Notes: generated by a model not told the origin, from the letters alone. Numbered from the stretch's first letter, positions 8,530 to 17,788 are shown. The stretch: 32,000 nucleotides of DNA from an uncultured Alphaproteobacteria bacterium (GCA_963931495.1 OZ007020.1:870001-902000), one strand, 5' to 3'. Translations and numbers: made by a program.

Positions 8530-9846
8530 TCATTTTCGTTCTGCCGCTATCTCTGCAAATGTTTTCCCAGTTGATACATGTACCGCTTTTTTACCTGTAA
8601 AGGATTCCCAACGTTTAATTATTGTGTCCACATATTTTTCATCCAGTTCTATCATTCTGCAACGGCGATTTGTTTTCTCAGCGGCTATCAATGTTGATCC
8701 AGAGCCACCAAAAGCATCTAAAATTATGTCCATGGTCTTACTGGAATTGTTTATTGCACGTTCAATCAGAGCAACAGGTTTCATTGTTGGATGTAAATCA
8801 TTATTCGTTGTCTTATCAAAGTTCCATACATCTGACTGATTTCTACCACCATACCAAGGCGTAGTTATACCGTTTTTCTTTCCTAACAGTATTTGTTCAT
8901 GTTGCGCCTTATAAACAGATTCAGTGTTACCGAATACCAACCATTCATGTTGGTGTTGATATCTTGCACGAGACAATGCAAACGAATTTTTAACCCATAC
9001 AATGTATGCTTCCCACTTGCCACCTGCATCTGTAAATGCATGATATAGGGTATGCAATTCACTACCACCCATACACACATAAACCGATCCATCGGTGTTG
9101 CTCAAGATGTTCCTCATAGCTGTCGTTAAAAAACCTTGGAATTCACTTCCAAGGTTATCATTCTGAATTGGCGCATGCTTTTCTTTATCGTTTTTCTGTC
9201 TGAAACTACCGTCATAATCCACATTATATGGAGGATCTGTAAAGGTCATATTTGCCTTTTCACCGTCCATCAAGATTTCATAACTATGTGGGTCACATGC
9301 ATCGCCACACAGCACTCTATGTTCCCCTAACTCCCATAAGTCGCCCTGGCGGTTTACCAAATGCTGTTCTTCTACGACCGGGACCAAATCCTCTTGTTCG
9401 GACAAAATCTTTTCTGATTCAAACTCTGCTTTATATTTTTCTATTTCTTTATTTGAAAAACCAAGTGTTGTTAAGTCAAAGTTGCCATCATGCAGTTGCT
9501 CCAAAGCTTGCTGCAACATGTCCTCATCCCAACCTGCATTATCAGATATCTTGTTATCCGCAATCAACAGAGCCAGTTTCTCATGTTCTGATAAGTGCTT
9601 TAACTGTGCCACCGGAACCTTTTCATAGCCCAATTCTTTACCGGCTAGCAAACGCCCGTGACCTGCGATAATTTCAAAATTTTCATCGACAAGGATAGGA
9701 TTTACCCATCCGAACTTCATCATAGACGTAGCAATCTGCTGTATCTGTTCCTTGCTATGAGTACGAGGATTTCGTTCAAATGGCTTTATCTGGTTTATGT
9801 CCAGGTATTGAATTTCCAGTTTTAAATCTTTGAAATTTATGTCCAT
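8530..9846 (-). CDS. ParB-like N-terminal domain fused to an N6/N4 DNA methyltransferase (phage orphan MTase)
   Basis: N-terminus has NPRTH...IIAGHGR (ParB/Srx fold motif). The middle has TDPPY (motif IV). The C-terminus has ILDAFGGSGST (motif I), which is the beta-class order. Confidence 0.85.
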   Translation of the reverse strand: MDINFKDLKLEIQYLDINQIKPFERNPRTHSKEQIQQIATSMMKFGWVNPILVDENFEIIAGHGRLLAGKELGYEKVPVAQLKHLSEHEKLALLIADNKISDNAGWDEDMLQQALEQLHDGNFDLTTLGFSNKEIEKYKAEFESEKILSEQEDLVPVVEEQHLVNRQGDLWELGEHRVLCGDACDPHSYEILMDGEKANMTFTDPPYNVDYDGSFRQKNDKEKHAPIQNDNLGSEFQGFLTTAMRNILSNTDGSVYVCMGGSELHTLYHAFTDAGGKWEAYIVWVKNSFALSRARYQHQHEWLVFGNTESVYKAQHEQILLGKKNGITTPWYGGRNQSDVWNFDKTTNNDLHPTMKPVALIERAINNSSKTMDIILDAFGGSGSTLIAAEKTNRRCRMIELDEKYVDTIIKRWESFTGKKAVHVSTGKTFAEIAAERK

Positions 9847-9863
9847 TACGTGTTCCTTTTTGG

Positions 9864-9895
9864 TATAAAAAAAGCCACTGTAAAGTGGCTTTTGT
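9864..9895 (-). terminator. Intrinsic terminator after the ATPase moron
   Basis: AAAGCCACU-UUAC-AGUGGCUUU on the minus strand (plus coordinates 9871-9892), followed by UUUUUUAUA. Confidence 0.75.
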
Positions 9896-9899
9896 CTTT

Positions 9900-11174
9900 T
9901 TAATCTTTCAGGCAGCCTATTGGTACCACAAAGATTCCGTCTTTTCGTTTATATGCCATATCACCAATACCCGTTAACACCATTTTAAACGATGGCGCAG
10001 GCATTTTACTAGTATCTATGCTGTCACTTAGTTTGTTCAGCGTTTCCGCAGCATCGGCTATCGCCTTTTCGCCACCCAGTTTTATTTCTATCAACCCATA
10101 CTTACCATTTCTGAGATGAACAACTGCATCACATTCCAGACCATAACTGTCACGATAGTGATATACATTGCCCCCCAGCAGGTCTGCATAAACTCTTAAA
10201 TCTCTGACACATAGATTTTCCAGCATCAGGCCCATTGTATTCAAATCATTTTTCAAATCTTCTGGTCCCAGACCTAATGCCGCGGTACCAATTGATGGAT
10301 CCGTATAGTATCTTGTATCAGATGTTCTAACTGCGGTTTTAGACCTAAGGTTAGGATTCCATGCCAGGGAATCTTCTATAACATAGATTTTATTCAATGC
10401 CGCTACATAACTCTCTATAGTTGCTTTTGATATCGAACCTCCCTCATTTTCTTCTAAGTCCGATATAATGGTTTGTAATGAGCACGTCGACCCTACAAAT
10501 CTAGCATACGATCGCATCAGTTTTCTTGTTTTTTCCTCACTTCTTGATGTATTATCTACGTTAGATATGTCGGTTGTAACAACCGCCTCAAAATAATCTA
10601 TAGCCTGTGCCAAAGCTATTCTCTGATTATTATTTAACGACTTGGGCCATCCACCCCTGCATATTACAAAAGCTAAAGAATCCAAGTCCAGGTTGCTTGT
10701 ACCGCCAACATCTGATGCACCATCAAATAACCCTTGTAAAGAGACTGTTCCTGTAGAATCTTGAGATTCATACAAACTCATTGGGCGCATACGCATTCTG
10801 GATATTCTGCCCGTACCAGTGTGAGAAATATCCTTTTTATTCGGTGGGACAGCCGAACCTGTTAATATAAACTGTCCAAAATCGTCACGTTTATCAACTT
10901 CATCTCTGACTGCATCCCATAATTTGGGGGCTAATTGCCATTCATCGATCAATCTAGGAACTGCACCTTGCAATAATTTTACAGGGTCTACGTCCGCCAT
11001 TTCTATGTATTGGCTTTTTCTCGCAGGATCCTGCATACGTACTACACTTTTTGCGACTTGTTCAGCGGTAGTAGTTTTTCCACACCACTTAGCCCCAACA
11101 ATCAATACAGCACCCTTGCTATCCAGTTTGTCTTTTAAAACTTTGTCTGCAATTCTCGGTTTATATTCTTTCAT
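9900..11174 (-). CDS. AAA-type ATPase with C-terminal DUF4143-like PD-(D/E)xK nuclease fold (moron)
   Basis: 424 aa. Walker A GAKWCGKTT, Walker B-like LIDEWQ. C-terminus has GLECDAVV...GLIEIKLG (ExD...ExK). Overall the AAA_14 + DUF4143 architecture. Confidence 0.75.
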   Translation of the reverse strand: MKEYKPRIADKVLKDKLDSKGAVLIVGAKWCGKTTTAEQVAKSVVRMQDPARKSQYIEMADVDPVKLLQGAVPRLIDEWQLAPKLWDAVRDEVDKRDDFGQFILTGSAVPPNKKDISHTGTGRISRMRMRPMSLYESQDSTGTVSLQGLFDGASDVGGTSNLDLDSLAFVICRGGWPKSLNNNQRIALAQAIDYFEAVVTTDISNVDNTSRSEEKTRKLMRSYARFVGSTCSLQTIISDLEENEGGSISKATIESYVAALNKIYVIEDSLAWNPNLRSKTAVRTSDTRYYTDPSIGTAALGLGPEDLKNDLNTMGLMLENLCVRDLRVYADLLGGNVYHYRDSYGLECDAVVHLRNGKYGLIEIKLGGEKAIADAAETLNKLSDSIDTSKMPAPSFKMVLTGIGDMAYKRKDGIFVVPIGCLKD

Positions 11175-11197
11175 TTGAGTATCCTATATATGGGTAC

Positions 11198-11226
11198 ATT
11201 ATAGAGCAAAACAGACCGATTATCAA
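11198..11226 (-). promoter_or_regulatory. Near-consensus sigma70 promoter of the ATPase moron
   Basis: Minus strand: TTGATA (11221-11226), 17-nt spacer, TATAAT (11198-11203). AGGAT RBS precedes the ATG at 11174. Confidence 0.65.
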
Positions 11227-11259
11227 TAACATTATTCTATTTATAGGGTTTTTATTAGG

Positions 11260-11313
11260 CAATTTGCAGACATTTTACTATCCAATTTGTAGGTTTTTGC
11301 TAGTCAATTTGCA
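11260..11313 (+). promoter_or_regulatory. Three direct repeats CAATTTG(C/T)A spaced 22-23 bp (putative operator/activator sites)
   Basis: CAATTTGCA 11260-11268, CAATTTGTA 11283-11291, CAATTTGCA 11305-11313. They sit between two divergent promoters, and the third overlaps the -35 of the rightward one. Confidence 0.45.
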
Positions 11314-11343
11314 CCCCCCAATTCTTTAGAATATATTTCTATG

Positions 11344-11425
11344 TGCATATCGCGTGGTACGCACATAACTCGTTGATTTTACACCACAACAAACCACAAA
11401 TGCGTACCGTGCGTACCATTTTTTT
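11344..11425 (+). ncRNA. Candidate ~80-nt small RNA (promoter plus hairpin/T-run, no ORF)
   Basis: TTGCAC (11309-11314), 17 nt, TATATT (11332-11337). A 10-nt arm TGGTACGCAC (11355-11364) pairs with GTGCGTACCA (11409-11418), followed by T7 (11419-11425). An alternative partner TGCGTACC lies at 11401-11408. The ~44-nt loop is atypical for a terminator. Confidence 0.3.
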
Positions 11426-11496
11426 AACCCAGTGTCTAGCGAAGTGCTGCGCTCGCCGTTACCCTCGTTAGAAAAAAATCCCGACAGAACCTATTT

Positions 11497-12057
11497 TTAT
11501 GGGGTGATATTCTTTAAATTCTCGTCAAATATTCGTTGAAACTGTGTGGTTGCTATCTCTGTGCCAATTTCTAACATCTGCAACCTCTTCGGCACACGTG
11601 CAAAGTCTTTAAGATGGAATAGAATTTCCAAGCCTTTGCTATTTCTGTGTGCAATTACACGCTCCCCAGACCTTAGCCGCAATACAAATGATCCAGGAAC
11701 ATCTGTCTTTCTATTCGCCTTTAATTGACGTAAATCTGTATATTGTGGAACCGCAAGCCTACCTGATTTAGCAACACGACGCCCTCCCGTCTGTTGTAAA
11801 GTAGCAAAACCTGCCATAGTATATGTTTCTGTCTGCAATCTTTGTATAGTTGCCGGCCGTATCTTGATAGACTTTTCAAAATTTGGTTTACGCAGAACAA
11901 ACTGCTCATGTAAATGCTCTTTTACTCTTGATTGAATAATCTGTGATGTTTGGGTAAGGCTTTTGGCGGCAACAAATTTAACGTTCTTTTCACCAATGGC
12001 TAATAGGTGGCTGATTTTGCCATCGTTAAAAGTCAGTTTTATTACCGCCATAGCCAT
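11497..12057 (-). CDS. Hypothetical phage protein
   Basis: 186-aa ORF co-directional with the packaging genes. No family recognised. Confidence 0.5.
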   Translation of the reverse strand: MAMAVIKLTFNDGKISHLLAIGEKNVKFVAAKSLTQTSQIIQSRVKEHLHEQFVLRKPNFEKSIKIRPATIQRLQTETYTMAGFATLQQTGGRRVAKSGRLAVPQYTDLRQLKANRKTDVPGSFVLRLRSGERVIAHRNSKGLEILFHLKDFARVPKRLQMLEIGTEIATTQFQRIFDENLKNITP

Positions 12058-12079
12058 AAAAATACCGCCCGAAGGCGGT
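12058..12079 (-). terminator. Intrinsic terminator abutting the start of the 11497-12057 gene
   Basis: Minus strand: ACCGCC-UUCG-GGCGGU (plus coordinates 12064-12079), followed by AUUUUU and then the AUG at 12057. Confidence 0.6.
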
Positions 12080-12205
12080 TATACAGGAAGATTCAATTAT
12101 ATGAATTATCGTGCCATTTATTTCAAAAAGTGTAAAGTCCCATTTTTTTTCGTTTTTTGTATCTTGGTTGTTTTTGATTGTTTAGAATATATTTAACATA
12201 ATTTT

Positions 12206-12625
12206 TCAGGATATTTTTGTATCTAAAAACCGCAATTTATGTACAAGCTCTTCCACCGTATGTTGATACCTATGTGCCACAGTTTGTCTTGTTAAATGTG
12301 TTCTTTTCCCTATTTTTACCCATGAAACCCCACAAGATCGCAACCACAAAATACGTTTGTTTTTGCTATCTTCAATTAGTGGAAACCAGCGCAATACAAC
12401 CTCCTCCCATATTGATATTTGCCTATTTGTTGGTCGGAATATTTCTTCTGCCTGCCTTACTTCTTCTATATCCCACAACAACTCATACCACTCTCTTTTT
12501 ATATCCCACTGCTGTCCAGAAATTCCTCTACGATACACAGGAGGCAAGCTTTTATCCACTTTTACAGCGATATCTAACCACTCAAGAACTATTTCCTTTG
12601 TCCATTGTATCTGTTTTACTTGCAT
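12206..12625 (-). CDS. Putative HTH (sigma-70 region 4-like) regulator
   Basis: Start moved to the ATG at 12623-12625 (GGGGG RBS, 1 nt after the upstream stop). The C-terminal segment ILWLRSCGVSWVKIGKRTHLTRQTVAHRYQ looks like an HTH. Confidence 0.5.
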   Translation of the reverse strand: MQVKQIQWTKEIVLEWLDIAVKVDKSLPPVYRRGISGQQWDIKREWYELLWDIEEVRQAEEIFRPTNRQISIWEEVVLRWFPLIEDSKNKRILWLRSCGVSWVKIGKRTHLTRQTVAHRYQHTVEELVHKLRFLDTKIS

Positions 12626-12626
12626 G

Positions 12627-13211
12627 TCATACCCCCTGATTTTTTGTATAAAAAGAATTCTCTTTTTCAATCCATTGCACAATATTTATCATTTGAACCC
12701 ACTGACCATTTCTTTTCTTCTTCAAACTTTCTTCTGCTTTAATTACAACTGAAAGAGGAAACATTTCTAAAAAAGTCTTAAATGCTGGACGCATTTCTGA
12801 AATCCTTTCAAAAGAGAAATTATCGTCTATTTGAATTTCAAACGGCTTTTCAACATAGTTTTCAACAGGTTCAGACGAAATACCTCTTTCACTTCTTTTT
12901 ATTTCTTTTTCTTTTTTATTTTTTATTTCTTCTACATCTTCTATTACTCCTGAAATCATCTCTGATTTCATACCTGATTTCAAAGAAAGACCAAATGCGT
13001 TTTCTCTTTTATTCCGTATTTCTGCAATTCGGTCACATTTTTCTTTATATTTTTTTGCGTCTTCTGCTATTTGCTGTTTCATATATTTCCATATGCCTAA
13101 ATCACAATCACGGTCCGGATAACAGAAAATACAACGCAATAGTTCTGCACACTGAGCATCTGTTAAATCCTGAATCAAAACCGACAGCTTTGGATCTATT
13201 AGTATTTTCAT
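12627..13211 (-). CDS. Hypothetical early protein
   Basis: 194-aa ORF with a Lys/Glu-rich middle region. No family recognised with confidence. Confidence 0.5.
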   Translation of the reverse strand: MKILIDPKLSVLIQDLTDAQCAELLRCIFCYPDRDCDLGIWKYMKQQIAEDAKKYKEKCDRIAEIRNKRENAFGLSLKSGMKSEMISGVIEDVEEIKNKKEKEIKRSERGISSEPVENYVEKPFEIQIDDNFSFERISEMRPAFKTFLEMFPLSVVIKAEESLKKKRNGQWVQMINIVQWIEKENSFYTKNQGV

Positions 13212-13222
13212 TTCTATTTCCT

Positions 13223-13633
13223 TTAGTCAAACAAGCTTGGTTGTTTGCTTTGTTCCTGCCAATCTATACGATATTGCACACAATCTTTTATCTGACCTAT
13301 AAACACTAATTCTGAGCATTGCCTTATTACATTAGCATTCTTCGTAACTACGAATTGGGGGACCTGTATGCGTCCTTGTAAAAACCAAATACCATGATCT
13401 GTTATTTGCCATTCATTGTTGTTTGAGGTAGGAATTGCTAATCCGAAATATCTTAATTTTTGGAAGTTAGCAAACTGTGTGTTATTTAATCCCATTCCAT
13501 CTAACCTTGCTCGTCCTCCCAGCGCATTTAACCTATACAAACAGGAAATAAGTGTTTTATTTATGCTGTGTTTATATTCAACAGATTTATGTCCACAAGT
13601 GGGGCAAATGAATATATTATTTTTCATAGGCAC
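13223..13633 (-). CDS. Hypothetical protein with N-terminal CxxC element
   Basis: 136 aa. ICPTCGH near the N-terminus. Tight spacing to the neighbouring genes. Confidence 0.45.
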   Translation of the reverse strand: MPMKNNIFICPTCGHKSVEYKHSINKTLISCLYRLNALGGRARLDGMGLNNTQFANFQKLRYFGLAIPTSNNNEWQITDHGIWFLQGRIQVPQFVVTKNANVIRQCSELVFIGQIKDCVQYRIDWQEQSKQPSLFD

Positions 13634-13634
13634 C

Positions 13635-13859
13635 TCACTTATCTGAATCTATTTTTTTACCGGTGCCTTGAAACATACGACCGTTTTCATACTCTTTGAT
13701 CGCTTTAATTGGATATAAAACCTTTCCTCCAATCTTTACGTATGTTGGTCCAACACCAATTGAACGCCACTTCTGCAAAGTTGTTGTTTTAATACCCCAA
13801 TAATTAGCTAGTTCTATTTCCGACATCTTTTCAATGCTTTTTAAAGTATTTATTCGCAT
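13635..13859 (-). CDS. Small HTH DNA-binding protein (excisionase/MerR-like HTH_17 type)
   Basis: 74 aa. ELANYWGIKTTTLQKWRSIGVGPTYVKIGGKVLYPIKAIKEYE matches the AlpA/Xis-type HTH pattern. Confidence 0.6.
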   Translation of the reverse strand: MRINTLKSIEKMSEIELANYWGIKTTTLQKWRSIGVGPTYVKIGGKVLYPIKAIKEYENGRMFQGTGKKIDSDK

Positions 13860-14092
13860 AGAAAAACTCCATTTTTGAGTGATTTAACTATGCTTGAACT
13901 GTATTGAGATATTCGTTGTGTGTCGGTAGGGGCTATGCACGGAAATTGAGACGTGATTTTTACTAGTTTCTATTTTTTATTCGCAGGAAAACTCATCATG
14001 TGTGTCAAATGTATGGGGAATGTACGGAAGAAGAAAGGTCTATACGTATAAAAATATTGAAAACATGCTGTTTTTTTGGCTATTCTAAAAAT

Positions 14093-14311
14093 ATGAAATA
14101 CACAAAAGAGTATATCAGGGAAAAAATTGATGCGGCAATAGCTGAAAATCCAGATAGCCGATATGTTTTTATTACTTTAACAACCGAATGCCCCACACAT
14201 GAATATATTATTTCATATGATACAAATACAAGAACCGTTCATGCTGTTGTTGAAAAAATTGGCAAACATAGAAAAGTACCTCGTACTCTTTCTGATATTC
14301 TACGCAATTAA
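14093..14311 (+). CDS. Hypothetical protein (start uncertain; track ORF starts at GTG 14000)
   Basis: The only plus-strand ORF in the early region and divergent from the HTH gene. The ATG at 14093 (MKYTKEY...) or an upstream start are both possible. Confidence 0.3.
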   Translation: MKYTKEYIREKIDAAIAENPDSRYVFITLTTECPTHEYIISYDTNTRTVHAVVEKIGKHRKVPRTLSDILRN

Positions 14312-14965
14312 ATTTTTCTTGGGTCTATTAGCTAAATTCAGTCTATATTTTCCACTACCATTAGATAATACCAATCTTCGCCAGTATTTATTATGACTAA
14401 ATATACTTTGGATACGTTCACTACCAGAACCAATATCAGAAAGTATATGTTTGCCATATACCCAAGGCACTCCATCTTGATATGCTTTCCAAAGTCTTTC
14501 TAATACCTTTGCCTGCATTACACCAAAAGTATATTCCTGTCCATTAAACAATACACAAGTGAAGTCCTTTGATAGCAATTTAAACGTATTTCTAACTGTG
14601 TTTAAGCATCTATTTTCAAATGCCTCAACATCTGTAATGGGGATTACCAAATCACAAAATTCCACAGATATATCTATGTTATACTCATCAAAATTTCTTA
14701 CCTTAACACCGACATCCCTACTTTTAAATAACAAGTAGACATCTCGATGATCTATTTGTCTGTGGCTTAAATTTTCTAATATATTTTTATATCGTTTTCT
14801 ATCGGAAAAAATTCTTTCTAAAGCGATCTCAAGAACTACGGGGCGAACAAAAAAGCGAATTTCTTTCAACTCCGCTAAAGCTTGTATAATATTCAAACTA
14901 CATTGCCATCTGTCTTGTAATGTTAAAACATCCAAGAATTCCAGAGGAAATTTTAACTTCGTCAT
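14300..14965 (-). CDS. Hypothetical protein
   Basis: Start moved to the ATG at 14963-14965 (AGAGAGGA RBS). 221 aa. No family recognised. Confidence 0.5.
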   Translation of the reverse strand: MTKLKFPLEFLDVLTLQDRWQCSLNIIQALAELKEIRFFVRPVVLEIALERIFSDRKRYKNILENLSHRQIDHRDVYLLFKSRDVGVKVRNFDEYNIDISVEFCDLVIPITDVEAFENRCLNTVRNTFKLLSKDFTCVLFNGQEYTFGVMQAKVLERLWKAYQDGVPWVYGKHILSDIGSGSERIQSIFSHNKYWRRLVLSNGSGKYRLNLANRPKKNLIA

Positions 14966-15074
14966 TATTCCTCTCTTTATCCCAAAAGAAGAAAGGAGCC
15001 GCATAGCGAGCTCCTTTCTTTCCTTTCTTGTTCATTATATAATAGTTTCTATCAATATCAACAGGAAAGAAAAC

Positions 15075-15374
15075 CTAATTCTTACAATGGGTTATCTTAT
15101 ATTCAGCACCTTGATCTGTGATATAAATTACTATCCTGTATATTTTAGAATTCAACATTATTTTTATGTTTATTTTTTTTATATCTTCCCCTATTCTGAC
15201 ATATTGGAATCCGTTGGCTCTGCAACAATCTTTGACTGCTTTTTTATAGCTCTTGGGGTCTTCGCCTAACGGTTCTTCTCGCCAGCGTTTAATCATTGGG
15301 TAGCAAATATTTATAACACGACACATTCCCTCATAAACCTCAACCCAGTTTTTGTTATTTATCATTTCTGCCAC
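15075..15374 (-). CDS. Hypothetical protein
   Basis: 99-aa ORF in the co-directional early gene string. Confidence 0.4.
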   Translation of the reverse strand: MAEMINNKNWVEVYEGMCRVINICYPMIKRWREEPLGEDPKSYKKAVKDCCRANGFQYVRIGEDIKKINIKIMLNSKIYRIVIYITDQGAEYKITHCKN

Positions 15375-15383
15375 ATCTACCCC

Positions 15384-15614
15384 TTATGCCCCGAAAACAC
15401 GATCTGAACCAATTATTTCCTTAGGTATTTCATAGCCGATTTTACGTAACAACTTTATGATTTCTTTTTCTGTACGTCCTTGTTCATACCAACACCACGC
15501 TGTACTTTCCGTTACATATTTTTCGCCTATTGCCTTACATATTGCTTGTATTCCTCTATCTGTTGTTAACTCACGCAGTAACGCTGATTCATACACATTT
15601 TTTGCTTGTTTCAT
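15384..15614 (-). CDS. Hypothetical protein
   Basis: 76-aa ORF in the co-directional early gene string. Confidence 0.4.
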   Translation of the reverse strand: MKQAKNVYESALLRELTTDRGIQAICKAIGEKYVTESTAWCWYEQGRTEKEIIKLLRKIGYEIPKEIIGSDRVFGA

Positions 15615-15717
15615 GTTCTATTCCTTTTTATTTGTTTCTTTACAACGCACAAACTACTGAAAGAAACACATAAGTCCAGCGAATAAAGCATAATCGCCGA
15701 ATAAAACTGATTTTTCC

Positions 15718-15957
15718 TTATTCTTTAAACAATATACCAAACCAATCGGCCATTACTTTTAAACGCTCTTTATAATTTTTTCCGTCTAATTCTGCATTGA
15801 ATTGTTTGCGTTCATCCGCATCTAATTGGAGTCTTTGCATAAGCCTGTTACATAAACCCATAAGGTAGAAAATATTTCCCTCTGGCCCAGATAAATTTAT
15901 AACTATTCCTGTCGGATACTTTGCATTATATTGCATCTGCTGGCTTGTCGAATACAT
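15718..15957 (-). CDS. Hypothetical protein (79 aa)
   Basis: Start moved to the ATG at 15955-15957 (AAAGGTGA RBS). The longer track ORF would overlap the upstream gene by about 160 nt. Confidence 0.4.
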   Translation of the reverse strand: MYSTSQQMQYNAKYPTGIVINLSGPEGNIFYLMGLCNRLMQRLQLDADERKQFNAELDGKNYKERLKVMADWFGILFKE

Positions 15958-16489
15958 AATGATCACCTTTATTAAATTCACATTTTTGTTGTAAATACGC
16001 CCACATTTTTTCAAGGTCGTTTGCCGTTGTAAATTCTGAATACAACCAGGTTTCTGGATCTTTCCAGACAGGGTCTTTTTCACAATTTAGTAATTGCTTT
16101 ATTTCTTTTTGAACATCTTCTCTAACTAATACAGCTTTGATTGCTGTTCTATACAGATACGCAGAATCTATTGGTAGTTTTGGTCTTGTCACCCCGTAAT
16201 ACCATGACCACCAATCACTAAGCTTGATCTTATTTAACATTGCTATACGCATCATTAACAGTCCCAAATTGAAATCTCCGGCCACATCTACTAACGAGTC
16301 AGCAAAATGCCTTCCATATCTTGAGTTCAAGAAATCTACTATTTCTTCTTCTGTCTTTTCTGGATACAGCCCTTTAATTCGCTTAAGTGCTAACATCCAT
16401 ATATTCCGTGTTATTTTTTCTGTTTCTGCATATATTTTAATTGTTCCCCAGAAACCGAACTTTTTGTTTATCTCTATATTTTTACTCAT
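15926..16489 (-). CDS. Hypothetical protein
   Basis: 187-aa ORF, the first gene downstream of the integrase on the minus strand. Confidence 0.45.
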   Translation of the reverse strand: MSKNIEINKKFGFWGTIKIYAETEKITRNIWMLALKRIKGLYPEKTEEEIVDFLNSRYGRHFADSLVDVAGDFNLGLLMMRIAMLNKIKLSDWWSWYYGVTRPKLPIDSAYLYRTAIKAVLVREDVQKEIKQLLNCEKDPVWKDPETWLYSEFTTANDLEKMWAYLQQKCEFNKGDHYVFDKPADAI

Positions 16490-16564
16490 GTTTTCCTCTT
16501 CTTTTATGCAACAACATACCCGAACAAACTCTTAAGTCCAGAGAATAAGAATCACACCATGCAA

Positions 16565-17788
16565 CTATCCGCATATTGCACTTGCAACATTGTTCACGGC
16601 TATAAAAGTCGCTTTATCCGATAAATGTGTATATCCCTCAGTCGTAGTGATTCTACTGTGTCCTGCAGCATCTCGCATTGCTATCATGTTTTGACCAGTA
16701 TTAGCCCCCATAGTTATAAATGAGTGTCGCAAATCGTGTATTCTCATATGAGGCAAATTTGCCTCTTTTAATACCCAATTAAACGCCTTTCTAATATCCT
16801 GTAATGATTGATTTGGATTTAAAATACTTGGGAAAACGTACTTACTATTCAAAACCTTTGCCTCTCTTATGGACATTTCCAATACTGGAATCACCGCATC
16901 ACAAAGCTTTACATCCCTTGCACCAGTTTTGCTATCGTGCAGGTGTATTATTTTTTCATCTAGCGCAACATCATCTATCAACAAGTCTGTTATTTCTCTA
17001 CATCTGCAACCAGTTAAAGCCAATACTTTTATAGCTCTAAATATTCGTGGATGCGATTTCCCTTTTGTTGGACCTTCTTCTAATGCTTTAAAGAATGCTT
17101 TATATCCTGCTGCATCTAATATTTGTGGTTTAAACTTTTCGTTTGAACCTTTACGAACATATACACACGGATTTGATTTCCTAGGGACATACTTATATGC
17201 CTCACACCAATCCCAGAAACTAGACATCAAAGACAATGCTTTATTTGCTGTAGAAAACGATGTTTTTTCTGCCCACAATGCATACGCATCAAGAATATGC
17301 CCCTCTTCTATTTCATCCATGTACATTTGACCGAATACCGGTTTTAAATACAATCTTAATTGATCCCAATTACTTTTTTGTGTGCGAGGTTTCTTATACA
17401 ATTTAGAATATTTTTCCATATAAAGGTTAAATGCATCTAAGAATAAATATCTTTTCTCTTGCTCCAGCACCTGTTGCTTAACGCTATCAGCATTTATCGT
17501 ATCAGACACACAGCCATCTATTATTTGTCTTTTTATCGCATTCGCTTTTCTCTTTACATCTTCAACGGTTTCATAGTCGCACATTCTTCCTAAGAATATG
17601 TTTCTACGTTTCATTGACGGTTTTAAAACACAGCCAAGGTAAAAGCTCACATTATCTGTTAGTTTAGAATATCTTAAATACAGACCAGGAATTGTACCAT
17701 CTGTTATCTGCATAAACTTATCGCCATGCAATTTTTTTATCCAGGTATCTTTAAACACCCTTTTTTTACATATCCATTTTTCTGCCAT
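16565..17788 (-). CDS. int: Tyrosine integrase, P4-type
   Basis: 407 aa. C-terminal catalytic block HDLRHSF...AAGHSRITTTEGYTH (R..HxxR..H..Y). The N-terminal arm-binding-like region (GLYLRYSKLTDNVSFYL) is typical of P4-type integrases. Confidence 0.9.
   Translation of the reverse strand: MAEKWICKKRVFKDTWIKKLHGDKFMQITDGTIPGLYLRYSKLTDNVSFYLGCVLKPSMKRRNIFLGRMCDYETVEDVKRKANAIKRQIIDGCVSDTINADSVKQQVLEQEKRYLFLDAFNLYMEKYSKLYKKPRTQKSNWDQLRLYLKPVFGQMYMDEIEEGHILDAYALWAEKTSFSTANKALSLMSSFWDWCEAYKYVPRKSNPCVYVRKGSNEKFKPQILDAAGYKAFFKALEEGPTKGKSHPRIFRAIKVLALTGCRCREITDLLIDDVALDEKIIHLHDSKTGARDVKLCDAVIPVLEMSIREAKVLNSKYVFPSILNPNQSLQDIRKAFNWVLKEANLPHMRIHDLRHSFITMGANTGQNMIAMRDAAGHSRITTTEGYTHLSDKATFIAVNNVASAICG

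Noticed and set aside
426-9671. Numerous plus-strand ORFs antisense to the structural genes (for example 426-734, 1328-1684, 2186-2494, 4469-4753, 9252-9671)
   Set aside because: All are nested inside much longer minus-strand genes that have clear family signatures. Their compositions (Ser/Leu/Phe/Cys-rich) are typical of antisense frames.
12217-13309. Plus-strand ORFs 12217-12639, 12357-12752 and 12782-13309
   Set aside because: They are antisense to tightly coupled minus-strand early genes. Extremely Leu/Phe-rich repetitive translations indicate non-coding frames.
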